Positions 1-7,003 of a DNA stretch of 62,400 bases are shown here, one piece after another. How positions within the stretch are numbered: the stretch's first letter is position 1; each line of letters begins with the position of its first letter. The DNA is from a virus. Lineage: Duplodnaviria; Caudoviricetes. A program made the translations under genes and the position numbers. The notes under the pieces are model-generated. The model did not search any database and was not told the origin of the DNA. It was given only the letters and a program-made list of their open reading frames with translations. The stretch lies in the IMG/VR virus record IMGVR_UViG_3300030430_003380, positions 1-62,400 of that record. One strand, 5' to 3'.

Positions 1-319
1 AATACTCAAAACCATCTACTCTACCAATTGTAGCAGCATCACTGTATGAGTTTTCTGTACCGTTATAAAAAGTTAAGGCTCTATTTTCGTATCCAAATCT
101 TTTTATCTTTCTAAGACCTACAGAAAAAGTATAATCAAACGGGGTTTCTATTACATCTTCTTCAAGAGATCCTGATGTTACAGACCAAACTTGATTGTCA
201 CCTAAAGATGTGCCACCATTTACTGCAGCATAAAAAGTAGAATATTTAAATATTTTGTGTAATCCCTGAGCACTTCCTAAAAAAGGAATAAATAATAATA
301 TTAATAGTATTTTTTTCAT
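1..319 (-). CDS. Secreted protein, N-terminal part (runs off window); probable outer-membrane beta-barrel, likely same gene as 62132-62400
   Basis: Not in ORF track. Hand translation MKKILLILLFIPFLGSA-QGLHKIFKYSTFYAAVNGG...GRVDGFEY; ATG overlaps the TGA of the 804-aa gene (ATGA); SPI signal peptide with Gln at +1. Confidence 0.8.
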   Translation of the reverse strand, partial: MKKILLILLFIPFLGSAQGLHKIFKYSTFYAAVNGGTSLGDNQVWSVTSGSLEEDVIETPFDYTFSVGLRKIKRFGYENRALTFYNGTENSYSDAATIGRVDGFEY

Positions 320-2730
320 CTCTTTAATACCTTCGTTGTGCTAGTGTTACCATTATACGTTACGCTAAAACTATAAATTCCAGAAGGAAGTAAACTTACA
401 TCTAATTGATTAAGACCTTTATGTGTTTGATTTTCTTTTATTTTAATAATAAGTTTACCTGATATATCATATACTTTTATACCAACAGGTCCATTAGTTA
501 GAATATTTAAGCTATCATCCATAGGGTTAGGATACATAACCACATTATGACCTCTAAGTAAATCTCTAGTATCAAGATCGCTATCTCCACTACAACTCCA
601 ATATAATTGTTGACACTTATCATCCCAGTTGTTATTACAACAATATGGATCAACCATAATAACCCAAGCATAACAGGTATCATTTAGCCAGTAAGGGACT
701 CCAGGACCTCCAATACAACCTGCATCATACAAACAACTTCCATCATCTGTATTATACACAGAGTTATAGTTGTGAGCAAAAGGATCCATACAGCCCTCTA
801 ATACATCTATACAACCCCCGTTGTCTGTATTAGCTAAAATATCGTAATTAAAAGCGTTTGAGTCTGTGCAACCATATACTATATCAACGCAAGAGAAATC
901 CTCTGTATTAGCCTCTAAATTGTAATTAAAGGCATTTGGGTCTGTGCATCCAGGAGTTATTGGAATACAAGACTCATTATTGGTGTTAGCAATAGGGTCA
1001 TAATTAAATGCAGTAGTATCAGTACACCCAAATATAAAAGGGATACAATTATCGCTTGCTGTATTCGCTTCATCATTATAATTATACATTGTAGGGTCCA
1101 TGCATCCTATTATTACAGGAATACAGCTACCATCATTAACATTAGATTCTATATTAAAATTAAACGCAAAAGGATCTGTACATCCTGGAACAGGATATAT
1201 ACAATTATCATTATTTACGTTTGCTGTACTATCGTAGTTAAGAGCTAAATTATCAGTACAACCAAAATACAAACAAGAACTATCTGCTACATTAGCAGCA
1301 TCATTAAAGTTCCAAGCTACCACATCCATACATCCATAAACAAAAGCTTCACACTCTCCGTCATCAACATTTGCTAGAGAGTCGTAATTAAAAGCTAATT
1401 CATTTGTACATCCTTCCACTACAGGAATACAATATCCAAAATCTGTATTAGCTAAAGAATCATAATTAAACGCTTCGGGATCCATGCAACCCTCTACTAC
1501 ATCTATACAATAATCACCACAATAAGGTAAAGCACTATATATATGCCAAAAAGGTGGCTCAAAAGGTTGAAGTGCACCTGCACCATTCATAGCAAATGGA
1601 TTAGATCCTCCTGATATTAATAAATCTAAATCTTCGTTAAATAAAGAAAAAGAATTGTGCATTGTTTGAAATTCTAACTCTTCTTGAGGTACTTGTGGTG
1701 GACCTAATTCAAAATATCTGATATGAACAGGAATATCTGTTCTTAAATATATCCATTTAACCTCTTCATATATACCAGGTCCTAAAGTGTATACTCCAAG
1801 AATAGAATCTCCTTGTGTAATAGCTAAATGAGAATCACCCCATCCGTCACCTCCTGCATCATTTAAAACTAATTTGTATTCACATATAGGAACTATATCA
1901 TTTAATGTAGCTTCAGGATCATAGTTATATGCATTCCAATTTAAACAACCTACAATATGTTCTGTTTCACAGCTACCATCATCTACTTGTGCAAAAGGAT
2001 TAAACTCCATGAAATCATTATCCATACATCCATATACAGTAGGTATTTCACAATTCTCTACATATATAACGCCTGAATATGCTACAGCTCCAAAATTAGA
2101 ATCAGGTAACTCCCATAATACGTCAGGGCTACCACAAGGCTCTAAATCACCCATAATAGTAAAACTACCATCTGAGCCTCCCCACTGACTACCACCTAAT
2201 CCATCACCATATGTATCACTTAATATAAGCTCTACACCTGTTTCAGGCACACACACTTGATATGGTATTGTAGTATTAGCTTGATTGTATGTATATTCAC
2301 CAGCTGCTACACTTTCTACTGGTTGTCCTGTAGATACATCTGTAAGAATCCATCCTGTTTCTCCAGGGTATTGATCTAATGTAATTTCAAGAAGCATTTT
2401 TGCTTGCCCTTCATCACATTCTACGTTAGCACAGCTACCATTATCTGTATCTGCTAAAGGATTGTAGTTTATAGCTTCTGGATCCATACATCCAGGTGTA
2501 ATATTAGGGTCTATTGGTAAAGGGCAATCACCATTATCAAATCCAAACTCAGGGCAGTTAAAATTTATAAGATAACCATTCCAGGAATATGTGTTGTCAT
2601 CACAAAAACCATCACCTAACCAACTTTCAGGAGCTTCATTTTCTGCACAATCTAAAAATAAAGTGTCTTGAGAGTAAACGTTTAAAGATATAAACGTAAA
2701 TAAAATAGTTAGTCTAGTTAACATTTCCAT
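316..2730 (-). CDS. T9SS type A sorting domain-containing Cys-rich surface protein (LNR/Notch-like repeat plus 13 GC(M/T)D..A.NY repeats)
   Basis: Signal peptide ...NVYS-Q (start may be the MLTR Met); WLGDGFCD...NC..FGFDNGDC LNR-like motif; C-terminal YPNP...VYDISGK...LDVSLLPSGIY...KVLKR. Confidence 0.88.
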   Translation of the reverse strand: MEMLTRLTILFTFISLNVYSQDTLFLDCAENEAPESWLGDGFCDDNTYSWNGYLINFNCPEFGFDNGDCPLPIDPNITPGCMDPEAINYNPLADTDNGSCANVECDEGQAKMLLEITLDQYPGETGWILTDVSTGQPVESVAAGEYTYNQANTTIPYQVCVPETGVELILSDTYGDGLGGSQWGGSDGSFTIMGDLEPCGSPDVLWELPDSNFGAVAYSGVIYVENCEIPTVYGCMDNDFMEFNPFAQVDDGSCETEHIVGCLNWNAYNYDPEATLNDIVPICEYKLVLNDAGGDGWGDSHLAITQGDSILGVYTLGPGIYEEVKWIYLRTDIPVHIRYFELGPPQVPQEELEFQTMHNSFSLFNEDLDLLISGGSNPFAMNGAGALQPFEPPFWHIYSALPYCGDYCIDVVEGCMDPEAFNYDSLANTDFGYCIPVVEGCTNELAFNYDSLANVDDGECEAFVYGCMDVVAWNFNDAANVADSSCLYFGCTDNLALNYDSTANVNNDNCIYPVPGCTDPFAFNFNIESNVNDGSCIPVIIGCMDPTMYNYNDEANTASDNCIPFIFGCTDTTAFNYDPIANTNNESCIPITPGCTDPNAFNYNLEANTEDFSCVDIVYGCTDSNAFNYDILANTDNGGCIDVLEGCMDPFAHNYNSVYNTDDGSCLYDAGCIGGPGVPYWLNDTCYAWVIMVDPYCCNNNWDDKCQQLYWSCSGDSDLDTRDLLRGHNVVMYPNPMDDSLNILTNGPVGIKVYDISGKLIIKIKENQTHKGLNQLDVSLLPSGIYSFSVTYNGNTSTTKVLKR
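733..1494 (-). repeat. Ten tandem ~26-aa Cys-bracketed repeats (GCxDxxAxNYxxxANxDxGxC) in the T9SS protein
   Basis: Counted in the translation; three more dispersed copies lie upstream in the protein. Confidence 0.9.
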
Positions 2731-3026
2731 CTTCTTCGTGCTTGTCGGATTCTTGAGTTAGGATTATTTCTAGTTTTTGCACTACTACGTTTTAGTTGAC
2801 CTAAAGATCTAGCACAATAAGATTTTCTTCTTTTAGCTGCTTTACTGCCAGGTTTTACTTTACCAGTTACAGCAGTTTTAAGTTTACTACCAGGATTTGC
2901 ACGTCTATATGCAGCGACACCTTTTTTTGTCATCCCAGCACCTTTTTTAGTAGGTCTAAAATTACCAGACTTAATACTGGTTTTTATACCCATACCTTTT
3001 TTTGCTTTTTTTATTACTTTAGCCAT
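2718..3026 (-). CDS. Small very basic phage protein (DUF6321-like)
   Basis: GAGMTKKGVAAYRRANPGSKLKTAV...RRKSYCARS...RRRWKC motif. Confidence 0.7.
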   Translation of the reverse strand: MAKVIKKAKKGMGIKTSIKSGNFRPTKKGAGMTKKGVAAYRRANPGSKLKTAVTGKVKPGSKAAKRRKSYCARSLGQLKRSSAKTRNNPNSRIRQARRRWKC

Positions 3027-3292
3027 TATCTCTTACGTTTGCGAACAGCTTTTACTTTTCTTTTTCTTTTATACCTAGACACCCTACCTTTAGTATTTTT
3101 TTCTTTTTGGGCTCTACGTTTTTCACTAGGGGTAAGTTCACTCCAAGTAGTGGGCGTATCTTTACTAATTCTTTTAGTAGGTCGAAAAGTGTTTTCACCA
3201 CCCTTGTAATCTTTCTTTCCTCTAGGTGTACGCCAGTCTTCTTTAAACCAACGTTTAAGTCGTAAACCTGCTGCTGTCTTTCTAACCGCCAT
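3026..3292 (-). CDS. Small very basic phage protein (DUF5872-like)
   Basis: LKRWFKEDW...RPTKRISKDTPTT motif; translationally coupled. Confidence 0.65.
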   Translation of the reverse strand: MAVRKTAAGLRLKRWFKEDWRTPRGKKDYKGGENTFRPTKRISKDTPTTWSELTPSEKRRAQKEKNTKGRVSRYKRKRKVKAVRKRKR

Positions 3293-3498
3293 TACTTCTT
3301 TTTCTTACCACCTTCACCCCAGTTAGCAGCACCTACTTTTCTACACTTAGCCATTGCACCACTTCTATAAGCTGAAGTCTTAGGTCCGTATCTAGATACT
3401 ACTTTGTGGTAGCAAGCATCTTTTACAGAGCCACCTTTCTTCATGCTTTTAACTTTTTTCTTTCGCTTTACAGCTTTACAAGTGCAATTCTTTCCCAT
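3292..3498 (-). CDS. Small basic Cys-containing phage protein
   Basis: KDACYHKV..RY....SAY.SGA..KCRK motif common in aquatic phages; coupled stop/start. Confidence 0.7.
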   Translation of the reverse strand: MGKNCTCKAVKRKKKVKSMKKGGSVKDACYHKVVSRYGPKTSAYRSGAMAKCRKVGAANWGEGGKKKK

Positions 3499-3710
3499 TA
3501 TTTATTAGCAAATTTTTCTACGCCAGAAATGCCAAACGAGCCAAGAACAACCCATACAAATGAATCGTATACAAACTCGTTTATTACTAGGTCTGATCCA
3601 ACCCACCCTGTAACAAGGTCAGCTATCATTATCAAACACATTATTGCAAAAGCTATAAATCCAACTATAGCCTTTTCATTCCAAGCGTTATCGTTCTTAA
3701 ATATTTCCAT
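3498..3710 (-). CDS. Two-TM membrane protein, holin-like candidate
   Basis: Two hydrophobic helices, C-terminal GISGVEKF. Confidence 0.55.
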   Translation of the reverse strand: MEIFKNDNAWNEKAIVGFIAFAIMCLIMIADLVTGWVGSDLVINEFVYDSFVWVVLGSFGISGVEKFANK

Positions 3711-3711
3711 T

Positions 3712-3951
3712 TTATTCTTCTTCTTCTATATACCAATCTGACTTAGCCATTTCAATTTTTATCTCGTCATAAGTGTATGTTGTTTTACCACTTAAAAAAG
3801 ATGGCTGTTCTCCTTCATATTTTACTAAAGCTTTAGTACCGTCAAGACTGTATCTTAACATGTCAGCATTTCTATTTATAAGCTTAGAAAAATTTACAAC
3901 AGAGTTTTCATCTGTAATTTCTGTGGTATCTATTATAACGTATGTAACCAT
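3712..3951 (-). CDS. Conserved small protein downstream of LamG fibre gene (possible fibre chaperone/partner)
   Basis: LRYSLDGTKALVKYEGEQPSFL...YTYDEI...W motif; position after LamG gene. Confidence 0.6.
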   Translation of the reverse strand: MVTYVIIDTTEITDENSVVNFSKLINRNADMLRYSLDGTKALVKYEGEQPSFLSGKTTYTYDEIKIEMAKSDWYIEEEE

Positions 3952-3954
3952 AAT

Positions 3955-5553
3955 TTAAGGAGTATCAGATGAAAATGTAACACCACCAGATGTTAATCCT
4001 GGATTTTCATTTAATTTTACTAAAGACACTTTACTAAGAACTATACCAACATTACCACTATTTTGTCCAGATAGCTGTAGAGGAAGATTATTCCTACTAG
4101 TTCCAGAGTAAGCAATATACTGTACATGAGTTCCAACAGCATGAGGTGCGTCTGCATAATTACCACCATTCCAAATACTGAAATGATCCGAACCGTCAAA
4201 ATCACTGTTAGAAACAACAGTGTAAGTTACTTTATATGTGTTACCTTCCGTTATTGTTACTCCATCAGCACATTGCATAAAAACTCTACCAGCATTACCA
4301 TGAGGAGTTGTAACAGAAATACTTAATTCTCCATTTTGAACAGAAGCTGTAGTGACACCACCAGGCTGTAAACTGTAACCAAGAGTAGTTAAAGTGGTAT
4401 TATCTAAATCACCAGAGTTGCTAAAGTTTGGTACAAGTAACAGCTCTGTTCCAAACCCAGGATTATTTAATTCTTTTATTGAAATATCACTAATATTAAC
4501 AGAACCAACACCCGTATCTTTAGATTTTATTCTTGCAAAAGTATCACCTGAACATCGAGCAATAAAAGTAAATCTATCTGTCCCATTAAAATTAAAAGAT
4601 TCTGAGTTTACGCCAAGAAACATACTAAAATCACCTGAGGTATAGCTTGAAAACTTTACAGTCATTCTATAAACCTTACCTATAGTAAGTATGTCATTTG
4701 TAAGAGTACTTCCTGTACCATCATTAGTAGCTACACCATTTGATACACTCCAACCACCATTAGCAGTCCATGTACCATCATTTAATTCACTACCAGTTGC
4801 AGCATTACCTTGATCGTGAACTACGCCATTTGCTTTATCATCAAAGAAACCATCACCCATTCTATAGTAAGTCTGAAGGTCAGAACTATTGTCGTAGTTA
4901 CCTTGATCAAACTTTAAATTAAGTGGTGAGCCATTATTGTAAATAGCAGTTACTGCATCAGAATCTAAAACAGTATTAAAAATTGCAAACTCATCTAACC
5001 CGCCTTCATAATGATTCAACGCTGAACCTTCAACACTTCTTGCAGCAAGTAATAAGCTTAAGTCACTTGTATAATTAGCATGATTAGCTGAAGGTATATC
5101 TGCTTGTTCATTAGTTTTATCTACACCATTAACGTATATTTTTCCTATACTGCTACCACTACTCTGTAAATCCATAGTTACAACAAAGTGAGTCCAAGAA
5201 CTTTGAGCACCATCAGAAAAAGCAAAACCACCGTTTCCAGTTGTCTTCCAAACACCAACATCAGCAGCTGCAGTAAATACAAACCTAGGAGATCCATCAG
5301 ATTGAAGTTGAAAATAAACTTCAGCTCTACCACCACTGTTACCATCATCATTTGAATCATTATCAACTCCAAAAATCATTTCAGAGCATCTACCATCACT
5401 AGGTTTAACCCAAAAGCTTATTGAAAAATCACCTCTAAATACAGATTGAAAAGTTTGATTTGTATCTATAAAATCATCAATCCCATCAAAGCTAGCACTA
5501 TACTTAGACTCTACTACTTGAGTAGCTGATATGTTACTTCCAAGACTAAGCAT
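3955..5553 (-). CDS. LamG/concanavalin-A-like domain virion fibre protein with two CBM-like modules
   Basis: SFDGIDDFI...FSISFWVK...WTHFVVT...KIYVNG...GGLDEFAIFN..L....VTAIYN; later GKVY/GNTY...ISIKE modules. Confidence 0.8.
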   Translation of the reverse strand: MLSLGSNISATQVVESKYSASFDGIDDFIDTNQTFQSVFRGDFSISFWVKPSDGRCSEMIFGVDNDSNDDGNSGGRAEVYFQLQSDGSPRFVFTAAADVGVWKTTGNGGFAFSDGAQSSWTHFVVTMDLQSSGSSIGKIYVNGVDKTNEQADIPSANHANYTSDLSLLLAARSVEGSALNHYEGGLDEFAIFNTVLDSDAVTAIYNNGSPLNLKFDQGNYDNSSDLQTYYRMGDGFFDDKANGVVHDQGNAATGSELNDGTWTANGGWSVSNGVATNDGTGSTLTNDILTIGKVYRMTVKFSSYTSGDFSMFLGVNSESFNFNGTDRFTFIARCSGDTFARIKSKDTGVGSVNISDISIKELNNPGFGTELLLVPNFSNSGDLDNTTLTTLGYSLQPGGVTTASVQNGELSISVTTPHGNAGRVFMQCADGVTITEGNTYKVTYTVVSNSDFDGSDHFSIWNGGNYADAPHAVGTHVQYIAYSGTSRNNLPLQLSGQNSGNVGIVLSKVSLVKLNENPGLTSGGVTFSSDTP

Positions 5554-5556
5554 TAA

Positions 5557-5919
5557 TTAGTGCTTTGGTGCTATGTAAGCTATTATTTTTCCTGAGTCAA
5601 CATCAATTTCTGTCCATCTTCCAAATATAGTGATACCTTTAGGAAATGTTACAGAGTCTACAACAGCACCACCAGTACCTTGTTCTTCTGTTTCTGCACC
5701 AGCAGTTAAATCATGAGCAGCAGTTTCTGTATTAATAAACTTAGTTGGAGCCTCTGAAATCAAACCACCTGAACCATCAAAAACTGTGTCATCTAAAAAA
5801 GTTATAGCAGCAAAAATATGATTTGTTGGTGGATTAATTTCTTCAGATGAGCCTGTAGTATATACAGATCCATATTGACCTAAAGAAAGTTCGTTGAACT
5901 TTGTACCTGTTAAAGCCAT
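5557..5919 (-). CDS. Small beta-rich putative virion protein
   Basis: FPKGITIFGRWTEI...GKIIAY; first gene after promoter. Confidence 0.6.
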   Translation of the reverse strand: MALTGTKFNELSLGQYGSVYTTGSSEEINPPTNHIFAAITFLDDTVFDGSGGLISEAPTKFINTETAAHDLTAGAETEEQGTGGAVVDSVTFPKGITIFGRWTEIDVDSGKIIAYIAPKH

Positions 5920-5952
5920 AATATTTTATTTTAAATTTTTTTATTTTATACG

Positions 5953-5960
5953 CAAATGTA
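5953..5960 (-). promoter_or_regulatory. Bacteroidota -7 promoter element TACATTTG
   Basis: Matches TAnnTTTG ~35 nt upstream of the 5919 start. Confidence 0.65.
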
Positions 5961-5990
5961 ATGATAATTTTTTAATTATAATAAAATTAT

Positions 5991-5998
5991 TATCTTTG
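5991..5998 (+). promoter_or_regulatory. Bacteroidota -7 promoter element TATCTTTG (divergent)
   Basis: Exact TAnnTTTG, 20 nt upstream of 6019 ATG. Confidence 0.65.
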
Positions 5999-6018
5999 AC
6001 CTAATTTAATCTAAGACA

Positions 6019-6342
6019 ATGAGGAATTACCTGAAGTATCTCAGTGATACCCTGTACTCCTTTGAAAGAAAGTACGACCTTACAGATAACCAAATGAGGT
6101 TTCTTCTTTTTATAAATGATGAGAAGAAATCTTTTACTAAAAGGTTTGTAAGAGAAAATATGTACATTAGTCAAAAATTTAATGATAAAATGTTTCCTGA
6201 GTTAGTTAAAAGGGATTACATTTTTTTATTTGAAAAACGAAACTGGAACTCAACCCAACCTAACCAGTATCGTGTTACAGCTAAAACAAGGAGGTTGGTA
6301 GATAAATTTTATAACGTCTTAGAAGGCAAAGAAGAATTTTAA
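6019..6342 (+). CDS. Winged-helix (MarR-like) DNA-binding protein
   Basis: YDLTDNQMRFLLFI...FPELVKRDYI...YRVTAKTRRLV pattern; next to a divergent promoter. Confidence 0.55.
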   Translation: MRNYLKYLSDTLYSFERKYDLTDNQMRFLLFINDEKKSFTKRFVRENMYISQKFNDKMFPELVKRDYIFLFEKRNWNSTQPNQYRVTAKTRRLVDKFYNVLEGKEEF

Positions 6343-6343
6343 A

Positions 6344-7000
6344 ATGAAAGTAATTAAAAAAGGTAAAAAAGCTAACAATGGTGCTAAGGTTAAAAAGCCA
6401 AAGAAAAAAGCTAATGATCCAATGCTAAGAGCTTTGACAAAAGGCGGAGAAGGAAGAGAATTTAAGAGTCTTAAAGCTAAAAATCTTTTTGAAAGCGTAG
6501 ATTCGAAAGGTGCAGAAATGAGAGGTGTTTTTGGACCTAAAGGTGCTGAATCAGCTAAATTAATTGCAAAATCAGATAATACTAAAAGCCCAAAGTTTAG
6601 ACCAGAGCCTCCTAAGAAAAAAAAATCTACTACTGATGAATTGATAGAAAAGGCTGAGAAAAGAGAAAGAGCTTATAACGTTAAAAAATTTAATGAAGAA
6701 TACGAAGAATCTAAAAAAAATAAAAAAGCTAAAAATGGTGCGTCTATGAAAAATGTAAAAGTTGTTAAAAAAGCTAAAGCAGGTGCTAAATTAAAAATGG
6801 TTAAAGGTCCTGATGGTAAAATGGTTCCATTCTACGCTGCTGATGGAAAAGGTAAAATGGAGTATGGTGGTGCTCTAAAAAAAATGAAAGCTATGTATGG
6901 CTCTAAAGTAAAAATGGCTAAACATGGAACTAAAGTAAAGATGGCTAAAAATGGATCTAAAATGAAAATGGCTGGTAAAGGAGCCTACATGAAAAAGTAA
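6344..7000 (+). CDS. Lys-rich protein with repeated (K/M)AxxG motifs; possible internal head/DNA-condensing protein
   Basis: Very basic, low complexity; KANNG, KAKNG, KAKAG, MAKHG, MAKNG. Confidence 0.6.
   Translation: MKVIKKGKKANNGAKVKKPKKKANDPMLRALTKGGEGREFKSLKAKNLFESVDSKGAEMRGVFGPKGAESAKLIAKSDNTKSPKFRPEPPKKKKSTTDELIEKAEKRERAYNVKKFNEEYEESKKNKKAKNGASMKNVKVVKKAKAGAKLKMVKGPDGKMVPFYAADGKGKMEYGGALKKMKAMYGSKVKMAKHGTKVKMAKNGSKMKMAGKGAYMKK
6902..6982 (+). repeat. 3 x 27-nt imperfect tandem repeat (xKVKMAKxG)
   Basis: tctaaagtaaaaatggctaaacatgga / actaaagtaaagatggctaaaaatgga / tctaaaatgaaaatggctggtaaagga. Confidence 0.85.
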
Positions 7001-7003
7001 TAA

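Noticed and set aside
733-1494. Periodic ~78-nt repeats as a possible CRISPR array or DGR template/variable repeats
   Set aside because: Repeats are degenerate at synonymous positions and in frame, i.e. protein repeats; no Cas or reverse transcriptase genes
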